Below the pieces are notes generated by a model. It searched no databases. It saw only the letters and a list, made by a program, of their open reading frames with translations, and was not told the origin of the DNA. This document shows positions 26,886-35,140 of a stretch of 35,140 bases of DNA, in pieces (the stretch's first letter is position 1; each line of letters starts with the position of its first letter). Origin of the DNA: a virus (taxonomy: Duplodnaviria; Caudoviricetes); the IMG/VR virus record IMGVR_UViG_3300037459_000090, positions 1 to 35,140 of that record; one strand, 5' to 3'. The position numbers and the translations under genes were made by a program.

Positions 26886-28849
26886 ATCGCAGATGTTTGT
26901 TGTTCTTGACCTTTACTGTTGGAAGCTGTCCAACCGCTAGAACTAAACCCCACAGGATCACCAGCACCCCCGGCAGTGACCCCGAGTGCATAAACAAGAG
27001 CGTTACCAAAGGATGCAACGACACGAGCCAGCAGTCCTGAGCTGCTGTCATCTCTAGCATTCGTGATTAGCCCTCCCCCAAAGAAGTCACTAGCGATCCC
27101 TGCCGTCGGTGTGACATCTGCCGGAAGGTTGTCAATGCTCATCGTTGTAGCATTAGAAGTCCCAAATGCTGAACCCGGAGCAATGAATCTATGCAGCGCA
27201 AATTCATTAGCGAGACTCGTATCATTAGCATACAAAGTCCATCTCGCATTGACAGCTGGTGCGGACGAGAACCCCAACCAAGTTGGGACGTAAGTTCCCG
27301 TGGTGACTGTGATGGAACCTCCGAGTCCTGTAAAATTAGTCAACGTCGATGGGGTTACCCAACGAGTAACATCACCTCCTGTATTTACTTCTGTTTGGGT
27401 CGCAATCTCGCCGATACCCTGCTGACTCGTAGTAGCAACGTCCGCATTGATCGTGCGACTGGCTGTGATGTCGCCCAGCCCCGCTGCTTGAATTCCTACG
27501 CCCCCTGTCAGCACGACAGCGGAGTGATCTACATTGCGATTATTAGCCGTATCCAGGTTGATCGTTCTATCGGCTGTGAGGTCACCTAACCCCGTTGCGT
27601 CGATCCCGGTACCTGCCAAAAGATCGACAGCAGAGTGATCTATGTTGAGATTCGAGGCAGCATCCAAGTCGAACGTTCGGTCTGCCGCAAGCGTGCCACC
27701 TCCAGTTATTCCCACGCCCGCTATCATGTCTCGTGTAATGGGAGGAACACTTAAATTAGCCTGTGCTCCGGATGCAGTCGTCGCTCCTGTTCCACCTTGA
27801 AGAACTGAAAGAGGAAGCACGATTGCCGATGAAGACACTGCGTTGACCACATCTGTGCCATCACAGTAGAGGATGATAGCTTCTCCCTCATCTATGCTCG
27901 GGGGAGACGCCTGCCCAGATGTCGCAACCGTGAAAGCAAAAGATCCTGTCGTCTGACGGTCACACCAATACTGTTGCGTGGTATTGGGCACGATGATGTT
28001 ACGCGCGCCTGTAAGAGCACCAGTAAAACGGTAGGAAATTCGATTCAGGTTTGCACCGGAAAGGATAAAATCCCCCGACCCAGGAACGGGCAGCGAGACG
28101 AAGTCAAACGCGATGCTCGAAGCAACAGTAAGCCCAATGGTGAAAAAATCGGTGCCATCCGTGAAGATGAACGTACTACCGTTCGGGTCCAAGTTGATGT
28201 CCGCCGCACCATCAATCTGGCCTGACGGTGGCACAATATTTAACGTGCCGGAACCGGCGTTGCGCAGCATAAAGAACCAGTCATTGCCGAGTGTACCTGC
28301 TCCGGTCAGGTTGCACGTTCCGGCACCACCGGTATAGATCAGACACTTCGCTCGATCACCATCGACCGCAGTGAACGGTGTCGCGGCCTCGATGTCGGAA
28401 TCGATCTTCTGATTGAGCAGCACTGATATTGCCTTGATGCCATCACCAGCCAGTGCAGAAGCAGATGCAACAGCAACCTGAGCACCCAGCTGGAAGGTCG
28501 TCCATTCACCCATATCAGTTGTGTTGTCAGTAAGAACAATAACCCACTGTTCACCGGATGCGACCGACTGAATCGTGCCACCTGTGTTGTCACGTATCGT
28601 AAATGTCTGACCACCTACGTTGTTGGCAGTTGTCTTATTACCTGTAGCCGTGTTGCGTGCATCAGGCATGTCAATGTTGAGACTCGGCGCGCTGGTCGTG
28701 ATGTCCATGACATCAGCAACAACGTTGCCACCTGTGATCTGTTGTTCGGTCGGCCACTGCAGGACAACATCCACTGCCGTGGTGATCTCTAGGTAACTAA
28801 TCCGCGACGGGAAGATCAGTTCTCCGCCGAAAACATCGGTATAAGACAT
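26870..28849 (-). CDS. Tail fibre/tail protein
   Basis: GGTGATTA...NL motif, three ~35-37 aa repeats, and ATTSQQGIGEIATQTEV...VTP resembling the T4 gp34-type fibre repeat. Confidence 0.75.
   Translation of the reverse strand: MSYTDVFGGELIFPSRISYLEITTAVDVVLQWPTEQQITGGNVVADVMDITTSAPSLNIDMPDARNTATGNKTTANNVGGQTFTIRDNTGGTIQSVASGEQWVIVLTDNTTDMGEWTTFQLGAQVAVASASALAGDGIKAISVLLNQKIDSDIEAATPFTAVDGDRAKCLIYTGGAGTCNLTGAGTLGNDWFFMLRNAGSGTLNIVPPSGQIDGAADINLDPNGSTFIFTDGTDFFTIGLTVASSIAFDFVSLPVPGSGDFILSGANLNRISYRFTGALTGARNIIVPNTTQQYWCDRQTTGSFAFTVATSGQASPPSIDEGEAIILYCDGTDVVNAVSSSAIVLPLSVLQGGTGATTASGAQANLSVPPITRDMIAGVGITGGGTLAADRTFDLDAASNLNIDHSAVDLLAGTGIDATGLGDLTADRTINLDTANNRNVDHSAVVLTGGVGIQAAGLGDITASRTINADVATTSQQGIGEIATQTEVNTGGDVTRWVTPSTLTNFTGLGGSITVTTGTYVPTWLGFSSAPAVNARWTLYANDTSLANEFALHRFIAPGSAFGTSNATTMSIDNLPADVTPTAGIASDFFGGGLITNARDDSSSGLLARVVASFGNALVYALGVTAGGAGDPVGFSSSGWTASNSKGQEQQTSAMWITS
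27440..27730 (-). repeat. Tandem ~36-aa fibre repeats, about 2.6 copies
   Basis: G-x-GI...G-x-L-x-ADRT-x-x-LD-x-A-x-N-x-N-x-DHSAV repeated. Confidence 0.8.
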
Positions 28850-29493
28850 CAGACAGCCTCCCTCGTAACGTTTCTATCAATGATGCGTCTCATATCCTGT
28901 GCCTCCAGGATTGCAACGTCCCGGTCGTAGGTTGTTTGCCATACCGGAATGCGTTCATCGTCTTTTAAAAATGGAGTCGCCTGCAGAAGCGCACCATGAA
29001 GCAGGGCGTTCGGGGCAAAGTCCGTCGTCCAGTTCGTTTGGTTTGTCACGTCTAACAACGCAGGCAACTCCCAGTAATTGACTTCGAAGGGATACGCAAA
29101 ATCTGCCGACGGTGCAATCAACCAGTTGAAGTAATCGTAATCTCCATAGAATTTCGGCTGATCCGTCAGATCTTCATCCGGCCAGTAACGTCGCATGTAC
29201 TCGTACGACCGGGCGAACAACGGAGTCCTAATCTGGGTTGCACCCACACCGAAGTTGATCGAGATTGTGTCACGCCAACGATCAGGTTTAGGTATCACAG
29301 ACTGCCCGATAGTCAGCGTGTCGGTTACGACTGTCACAAAGCCCAGGATCTTCATAGAGTTCGCCAGCTGCCGTTCAGCCAGATTAATCAAGCTGGGCAG
29401 CTGGTCGAACACCGTGGGATCCACAGACGTGCCTCGCTCCAAATAGGCCTGGAGATCGGCAACCAGCGAGTTGAATGTCATCGAGACAGCCAT
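28849..29493 (-). CDS. Head-to-tail adaptor (tail tubular protein A-like)
   Basis: L...L..YL.R, INLAE, QPKFY, IAP.AD..Y, TNW....P..LL.GAL..A.PFLK pattern recalled from podovirus adaptors. Confidence 0.7.
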   Translation of the reverse strand: MAVSMTFNSLVADLQAYLERGTSVDPTVFDQLPSLINLAERQLANSMKILGFVTVVTDTLTIGQSVIPKPDRWRDTISINFGVGATQIRTPLFARSYEYMRRYWPDEDLTDQPKFYGDYDYFNWLIAPSADFAYPFEVNYWELPALLDVTNQTNWTTDFAPNALLHGALLQATPFLKDDERIPVWQTTYDRDVAILEAQDMRRIIDRNVTREAV

Positions 29494-29502
29494 GCGATAC
29501 TC

Positions 29503-29703
29503 CTAACTACACGTGCCGTCGGCTAACGTTGTAGTACCACTGCCAACTGCACGACAGTCACCGTGAGTAGCAGCATCAGGACTTTCACCTACTGGACACA
29601 CCACCAGTGTGTTGGTCGCGCCGCACTCGAAGAAATCTTTATCCGCTGGCGGCGCACACGCAGCAAGCAGGAGTGCGGTTGAGATTATGAATAGCAATTT
29701 CAT
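29503..29703 (-). CDS. Small lipoprotein (o-spanin or exclusion candidate)
   Basis: MKLLFIISTALLLAAC lipobox; four further Cys; GAGGAG upstream. Confidence 0.7.
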   Translation of the reverse strand: MKLLFIISTALLLAACAPPADKDFFECGATNTLVVCPVGESPDAATHGDCRAVGSGTTTLADGTCS

Positions 29704-29713
29704 TAGTTACTCC

Positions 29714-30160
29714 TCACCCAGTTGGGGGTGTTTCTTCTCCTTCCGCCGGATCAGGTTCAGTCGTAGGAATCGGGTCTTCTTCGACGACTTCGGGATCCGG
29801 CTCTGGTGTTGGCTCTGGTGTTGGCTCGGGCTCTGGCTCGGGTGCGGGCTCTGGCTCTTCTTCAAGTAACTCCTCCTTCGCAGCCTGAAGACGCGCGTGC
29901 GCATCGTCAGAACGTCCACGCATGATGTCCCATTCCACTCTATTGGGTGCCCGACCTGACGCTGCCATAGATTGGATAGTCGCAGTGAAGGCCTTGAGAT
30001 CATCTATCGCGTCGTCACCCTGCGAAATCAGGACACCAAGAATACCGAGAAGCTCGGAGGCTTGGTCAAGTTTCACACTACTGCCACCACCTAAAGCGGG
30101 ATTATTAAGCACGGTGCGCATTCCGTTAACTGCAAGTATGATTAGTGAGATGGGATCCAT
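29714..30160 (-). CDS. Lysis-cassette protein with a hydrophobic N-terminus and Pro-Glu tail
   Basis: MDPISLIILAV; EPEPAPEPEPEPTPEPTPEP; TAATG-coupled to the upstream lipoprotein. Confidence 0.65.
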   Translation of the reverse strand: MDPISLIILAVNGMRTVLNNPALGGGSSVKLDQASELLGILGVLISQGDDAIDDLKAFTATIQSMAASGRAPNRVEWDIMRGRSDDAHARLQAAKEELLEEEPEPAPEPEPEPTPEPTPEPDPEVVEEDPIPTTEPDPAEGEETPPTG

Positions 30161-30576
30161 TATTCAGCTCCTTGTATGTTTCGTATTAACTCGTTAACCA
30201 TGGGTGCGAGTCGAGTCACCCAGTCGTCCAGCGAATTTGCTGCAGCGACCAGTCTCTCTTCACTCGTTTCCCCTGCGTTGAACTCAGCTTTTATGGCAAG
30301 GAATTCCACGTATGCATCGAGCAAGCTATCAGCCACCGGCTTAGCTCGCTCTTCTGCCTCGATGATGCGAAGTTTCACACCGTCGGAAATACTCTCTTCC
30401 TCCACAAGGTCCGCTGCCTTCTCCTGAAAGATGACAAACGTACCGTAAGCAGCGTACGCACGTTGCTCAGTTGTTTCTGCGGCTGCAATAGGATTGGTTG
30501 ATGCACATCCTTGCAACCCGACCAACAACAACAGTACAAAGAACGAGAGATATCTGTTGTAAAGTAACTGCGTCAT
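30160..30576 (-). CDS. Helical lipoprotein, spanin-like candidate
   Basis: FFVLLLLVGLQGC lipobox; helical body; directly after the holin; GGAGG RBS. Confidence 0.7.
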   Translation of the reverse strand: MTQLLYNRYLSFFVLLLLVGLQGCASTNPIAAAETTEQRAYAAYGTFVIFQEKAADLVEEESISDGVKLRIIEAEERAKPVADSLLDAYVEFLAIKAEFNAGETSEERLVAAANSLDDWVTRLAPMVNELIRNIQGAE

Positions 30577-30812
30577 ATCGAACCTCCTCCGTCACCAGTA
30601 CCGGTCACCTTATTAATCAGGCGTCGAGCACTGATTGATTGAAAATCCTTGAGGAAGCTGATCAGCGCGCCGACACCAAGAACAATCCACGCTATCTGCC
30701 CGATGTCGCTGACCGACTCAACCCCCGCTGTCTGCAGCAGTGCCAGCGTCCCTGTCAGAAACAGAATCAATGCAGCCACCAGTGCTCCTAGTATTGTATT
30801 GAGCTTACTCAT
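30573..30812 (-). CDS. Putative holin (2 TM)
   Basis: Start ATG 30812 overlaps the endolysin stop (ATGA); two hydrophobic segments and a basic tail. Confidence 0.65.
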   Translation of the reverse strand: MSKLNTILGALVAALILFLTGTLALLQTAGVESVSDIGQIAWIVLGVGALISFLKDFQSISARRLINKVTGTGDGGGSI

Positions 30813-31249
30813 GCGCTTTCCCCTACAAGTTCTAAGTGACCCCAGTCCATGAAATCCTGATCTGTTGTCAGTCCGTCCATGTCCCAGTCTCCCCCCCACC
30901 GAAGCGTTGTCCCTTGATCCTCAGCAGCGGCGAAGAATATGCCCGCAACGAGTGCGAACATGTGTGTGTCTTCCCAAGGAATAGCCACGCCTTTAACATA
31001 CGGCCCGAAGTCGAAAGCTAACGACTGAGGACCCACGCCTTCGATCACGTGGTTATGCAAGGAGTCGGGCCACTGCTTATGACTGACACCACTCCTGAAC
31101 ATACCGTTCTGAGTGACCTCATCTCGCCAACCCCAGACGATGGCAATATCCACGGGTGAAAGGTGTAATCCATAGTCGATAACATTGATCAACTTCGGGT
31201 GACAGGTGTCACGGTTCTCGAGAGAGTTCTTTCCGTAAGCCCAGGTCAT
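30809..31249 (-). CDS. Endolysin, peptidase M15 family (L-Ala-D-Glu peptidase, T5-like)
   Basis: HPKL, G-x-R....Q, SLH, AFD, RWGGDW and DWGHLEL, giving His/Asp/His zinc ligands. Confidence 0.9.
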   Translation of the reverse strand: MTWAYGKNSLENRDTCHPKLINVIDYGLHLSPVDIAIVWGWRDEVTQNGMFRSGVSHKQWPDSLHNHVIEGVGPQSLAFDFGPYVKGVAIPWEDTHMFALVAGIFFAAAEDQGTTLRWGGDWDMDGLTTDQDFMDWGHLELVGESA

Positions 31250-31617
31250 TCGACTTCTGCTCTCAACTCAGTCAAAGCCGATTGCATACTTTCCAGTTCC
31301 AGTTGAAGATCCACTAGATCCTCAGCGTCGTCTGCTGTCCAGTCATCAGCAGGAGGGTTGTCCCTAAGGAACTCCATACCTGCGATCTCTTTGCGAAGGT
31401 ACGAGATGTCACGCAGGATCAGAACGCTAAACGCACCCTTGATTGGTGCAGCTTCCTTCTGTATCTGCATCGCGACATCACCTGCCATCGCTTCGCTAAC
31501 TGCTGTCACCAGTATCGGTTTGACGATAAACCAGAAGACGGGAATCAGGGGAATCCATGACAGCACTGCTGCCACAGATATCCTGATCCCTTCGTCTTTA
31601 GTGACATTGATCGACAT
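31246..31617 (-). CDS. Membrane-anchored coiled-coil protein
   Basis: N-terminal TM segment (AVLSWIPLIPVFWFIV) followed by a coiled coil; directly upstream of the endolysin. Confidence 0.65.
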   Translation of the reverse strand: MSINVTKDEGIRISVAAVLSWIPLIPVFWFIVKPILVTAVSEAMAGDVAMQIQKEAAPIKGAFSVLILRDISYLRKEIAGMEFLRDNPPADDWTADDAEDLVDLQLELESMQSALTELRAEVE

Positions 31618-31910
31618 TACGTCGTTGCATCCTTACTACCGTTACCACCTTTCTTTGGTGGTGGGTCTCCTTCCGGAGGAGGATCAGCAGGTGCACCAGT
31701 CCCTAAACCTGCCGGAAGTGCAGGTACTTCTTTTGGCTGCGACAGCACGACCTCACCATTTGCCAGTGCCTGCAACATTCCTTCAAGGATGCCCAGTGCG
31801 CCAGACTTTGCCACTGCCAGCGGCACCGCTAGGTCATCGACCTGCAACAGTTTTACACCTGCGGCTGCTGCCATCTGAATTTGAACCGCTGTTATTTCTT
31901 GCTTTGCCAT
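31617..31910 (-). CDS. Hypothetical protein following the tail fibre
   Basis: GGAG RBS; TAATG-coupled to the downstream gene. Confidence 0.65.
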   Translation of the reverse strand: MAKQEITAVQIQMAAAAGVKLLQVDDLAVPLAVAKSGALGILEGMLQALANGEVVLSQPKEVPALPAGLGTGAPADPPPEGDPPPKKGGNGSKDATT

Positions 31911-31928
31911 TTTAACTCTCCATTTATT

Positions 31929-34900
31929 TTAGATATCTGTCCAGGTTGTGTTAGCAACAGTCGCTATGTAGGTGATAGAGGCTCCTGCTGCTAAGGACTC
32001 TGCTGTGTCAGTACCAGCTCCAAGATCATCCCCTGATGCTGGGAACACGTCACAAGCATCAGTGGAATCATCATTCTTAATGGTGATTAACGAATTGACC
32101 GCAAACACATCGGGTAATCGGACTGAGTCGGCGGCTGTGGCGACTACAGTCACTACAGCATACGAAGAAATAATGGGAACTGCACTACCCTGTCCGCCAC
32201 CAGCGAAAGCAGTGATGGCAAGCTGAGCATCTGGAACTTGAATAACTCCACTATTTAGCTCCGCTAGGCGCAGTCCTTCAAGACCACCAGCGACCAGTGA
32301 TAATTGATCAGCAGCAGCATGACCAATTCCGGTGTTGTTATCAGTTCGGTTAGGAACGAAAGTCGGGACCGTGGCTGCTGGGGATTGATAAAAGAGGTTG
32401 AAGCTATCCGAGTTATTTAAGCAAGTAAGAGCATTAACGCCGAATTGAAGTTTGTCGGTGCCCGCATTGGAAAAGTTTACAAAGTCATCAACAGCTTCAT
32501 GTAAGCCGGTGTCACCGTCACCGAAAGCTAATGTTGGACGAGCCGGATCGTTGTTCTGAACTAGAATTAACTGCGGATCAACCCCGGCAGTCTCAAATAA
32601 CTCCGCTACCAGAACGCCACCTGTGATCAAGGCAAGTCGGTCAGCCGAAGTCCAGCCAATACCTGTGTCAAGGTCAGTCTTGTTGGGGATCAGCGTCGGG
32701 TTCGTGGAGGTTGCGGCCTCGTCAACAACCGCTGGGCCAGCAGCATCGCTGAACAGCATGTTGCCAGTGAGAAGGATGTCGCCATCGGCACCGGAGCCAG
32801 TTGCCGCACCGACCGTTATATTTACATCGCCGCCGTCGCCGTTAGTTGCGGCTGATGTGCCGCCAACTAGGCTGACCGCGCCGCCTACGGAAGCATCGGT
32901 CGCGCCCGCTATGCCGCCCGTAAGAAGGAGTGCGCCGCCAGGACTCGTGGTGAGACCGGCTCCACCAGTGATATTGACCGCGCCGCCAGCACCAGCGACG
33001 GTTGTGATGCCACCTAGAATTGATACGAGGCCAGGAGTACCACTATCAGTTTCGCCACCCTGGATCGTGACGGCCCCACCAGCCATCGTGCCTTGCCCTA
33101 GGCCGCCTTTAGCGAGGAGAGCGCCGCCGATGCCGTTGGTTGCTTGCGAGCGACCGGCATTAATTTCGATAGCGCCGCCAATTGAACCATCAGCTGTACC
33201 TCCACCCCCAGCGTCTATATCAACAGCTCCGCCCGCACCCGTAGTGCCGTCGCAATCGCCACCTAATATAACTACCTCGCCACCATCGCCGCCGACGTTA
33301 CCGACAGGTGATTCTCCACCCTCTAGGAATATTCGGCCACCATCTCCGGAGCCAGTTGGGTCTGAATCGCCCCCAACCATGACAACATTGCCACCGCTGT
33401 TAAATCCTGTGCCTACACCGCCACCAAGTCTGACCTCACCACCAACTCTGTTGCCAGCCAGTGCAGCACCACCAAATATGCCTATAGTGCCCGTGGTTCC
33501 GGTTACTGCGGTCCCGTCACCAGCGTTTAGAAGAATATCTCCACCCTGGCCTAATGTTCCTCCACCGGCACCAGCGTTTAATCTTATAAATCCACCGTCT
33601 CCGGATGCTCCACCGGCACCAGTTGCTAGGGTCAGGTCTCCAGCATCACCTGTGGTGAGACCGGCTCCAGTTGTGAGAGCAATTGGCCCGCCAGCGGTAG
33701 CCGCAACATCAGCTGTAGGTAGGGCCAGAGTGAACTGGCCGGAAGAAAAAACTAATGCGTTTGCTTGAGCTGGATACCCGACAACATTGTCGCCCGTATC
33801 GAATCGAATAATATCTTCGTCAGGAGATTCCTCTACCGTGACCTTCGTGTCGCCATCGGCATCAATGATTTCGTTCGAAGCTGTTGGCGCTGGTGCGGTA
33901 TCAACGATCAACAGTGTCCATGTAGAGTCGGCAAGCGTAGCGATGAACGTCAGGCTCTCGCCTGCAGCCAGGGACACTGCCGTATTAACGCCAGCACCCA
34001 GGTCGTCGCCGGATGCAGGGAATACATCTGCTGCCTCGGCAGCGTCGTCGTTCTTGATGTAGACCAGGGAGTTGACTGCGAATACAGCAGGCAGTCTGAC
34101 CGAGTCACCGGTCGTCGCCACCACTGTGATGACGTTGTACGAGTGTATGAGCGCTACCGCGCTACCTTGACCGCCACCCGCGAATGCCGTGATAGTCACA
34201 GCAGCGGATGGTACTTGCAGGACACCACTGTTATCTTCCGTGAGCCGCAGGCCTTCAACACTATTAGAGTTGAAGATCACCGCGCCAGTACCAGACAGCT
34301 GCATGGCCCCTGCGCTGTTAGCAATGATGCTGTCGGTACCGTCGTGGAGGATCGAGATCGTGTCACCACCCGGATACTGCAGCATGTAAGCGGTGTCGGA
34401 AGTGCGGATCCAGAAGTGCACAAAGTCCGCATCTGTCGTAGCGCCCAGGTCGGTACCTAAGCCATACATGGAGAAGACACCCTGACCAGCTACGGGAGCA
34501 GCATCTGCCCACGCAGGGACGATTCGGCTACCCGTTTCAACGCCGCCGGTCATTGCCTCGATATTTAAGAGGGCTAAGTTCCCATTCAGCAGACTTCCGA
34601 ACAGGAACGGGCGAGCTAAATTGGAGGTATTGCTTTGAGGCTGTTCGATTGCAAAAATGTCTTGATCATCAATTAACTTGCTGCCTGCAAGGTGACCAAT
34701 AATGACGCAGTGATCGAAGTCTAGCTGTGTCCCGGTAATTCCTAGAGAATTCCCAATGAGTATGTTCGTCTCGCCATTAAGAATGCCAGGAACACTTGAA
34801 TGGCCGAGAATGAGTTGATTTTCTGTGGCCGCGACGCTGAAGGCGGCAGTGTTGCAGCCGATAACGATAGAGGTGTCCATATTTATAGCGTTTGTCGCAG

Positions 34901-35140
34901 CCATAGATCCAATAATGACGTTTAAGGTAGCTCCGCCAAAAGATTCACCAGCGTTGTTGCCGATAAGGACGGATGAGGTAACACCCCCTGATCTAAGATC
35001 GCCGCCAGCAGCTCGTCCAAGAAGCACCGTACTATTGATGGAAGCGTTAACGGTTCCTCTGCCAGCATCAAAACCAATGACTGTAGAACTACTCATAACT
35101 CCGAGTCCTGCTGCCCCAGTCATATCAGAGCCAGCATCAT
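31929..35140 (-). CDS. Large Gly-rich tail fibre/receptor-binding protein, 5'-truncated by the window
   Basis: The frame stays open upstream of 35123 to the window edge; x-x-IG-x-x-AG beta-roll repeats, GG-x-h-x-h-x-GG repeats, PT...DTG repeats and a duplicated ~115-aa module. Confidence 0.8.
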   Translation of the reverse strand, partial: DAGSDMTGAAGLGVMSSSTVIGFDAGRGTVNASINSTVLLGRAAGGDLRSGGVTSSVLIGNNAGESFGGATLNVIIGSMAATNAINMDTSIVIGCNTAAFSVAATENQLILGHSSVPGILNGETNILIGNSLGITGTQLDFDHCVIIGHLAGSKLIDDQDIFAIEQPQSNTSNLARPFLFGSLLNGNLALLNIEAMTGGVETGSRIVPAWADAAPVAGQGVFSMYGLGTDLGATTDADFVHFWIRTSDTAYMLQYPGGDTISILHDGTDSIIANSAGAMQLSGTGAVIFNSNSVEGLRLTEDNSGVLQVPSAAVTITAFAGGGQGSAVALIHSYNVITVVATTGDSVRLPAVFAVNSLVYIKNDDAAEAADVFPASGDDLGAGVNTAVSLAAGESLTFIATLADSTWTLLIVDTAPAPTASNEIIDADGDTKVTVEESPDEDIIRFDTGDNVVGYPAQANALVFSSGQFTLALPTADVAATAGGPIALTTGAGLTTGDAGDLTLATGAGGASGDGGFIRLNAGAGGGTLGQGGDILLNAGDGTAVTGTTGTIGIFGGAALAGNRVGGEVRLGGGVGTGFNSGGNVVMVGGDSDPTGSGDGGRIFLEGGESPVGNVGGDGGEVVILGGDCDGTTGAGGAVDIDAGGGGTADGSIGGAIEINAGRSQATNGIGGALLAKGGLGQGTMAGGAVTIQGGETDSGTPGLVSILGGITTVAGAGGAVNITGGAGLTTSPGGALLLTGGIAGATDASVGGAVSLVGGTSAATNGDGGDVNITVGAATGSGADGDILLTGNMLFSDAAGPAVVDEAATSTNPTLIPNKTDLDTGIGWTSADRLALITGGVLVAELFETAGVDPQLILVQNNDPARPTLAFGDGDTGLHEAVDDFVNFSNAGTDKLQFGVNALTCLNNSDSFNLFYQSPAATVPTFVPNRTDNNTGIGHAAADQLSLVAGGLEGLRLAELNSGVIQVPDAQLAITAFAGGGQGSAVPIISSYAVVTVVATAADSVRLPDVFAVNSLITIKNDDSTDACDVFPASGDDLGAGTDTAESLAAGASITYIATVANTTWTDI
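31932..34256 (-). repeat. Duplicated ~115-aa module in the tail fibre (about 33915-34256 and 31932-32279)
   Basis: EGLRL...ITAFAGGGQGSAV...DSVRLP-x-VFAVNSL...IKNDD...DVFPASGDDLGAG...SLAAG...WT occurs twice. Confidence 0.9.

Noticed and set aside
32623-34460. 381-aa and 231-aa plus-strand ORFs
   Set aside because: Antisense shadows of the Gly/Ala-rich fibre gene (Pro-rich mirror composition), with no independent evidence.

Overview
About 35 kb of a tailed dsDNA phage (or prophage) genome, most likely a podovirus-type Caudoviricetes with a Gram-negative host. There are three blocks. (1) 1-4928, minus strand: small early genes and a Prim-Pol primase/helicase. (2) 5090-14299, plus strand: replication and recombination genes, namely a family-4 uracil-DNA glycosylase fused to a family-A DNA polymerase, a Cas4/AddB-like nuclease, a Sak4-like ATPase, an SSB, an SNF2-like helicase, a VRR-NUC-like nuclease, a MazG-like enzyme and a HAD phosphatase. 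(3) 14166 to beyond 35140, minus strand: late genes, namely a large tail fibre truncated at the window edge, a lysis cassette, an adaptor, tail proteins, four ejection/internal virion proteins, a small terminase subunit and a ~900-aa low-complexity protein. Portal, major capsid, large terminase and integrase were not recognised in the window. The most notable unexplained signals are: (a) a promoter-driven ~120-nt multi-hairpin RNA at 740-857 with ordered blocks of complementarity to an apparently bistable 5' leader of the polymerase gene; (b) a 20-bp operator-like box ACACGnnAGCGnAnCyGTGT inside three sigma70-type promoters; (c) a recurring x-x-x-G-G peptide motif (such as YQEGG, YADGG, AKGG) shared across the putative internal virion proteins, which may be a processing or assembly code. 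All family calls come from motif recognition by eye. No searches or folding programs were run.
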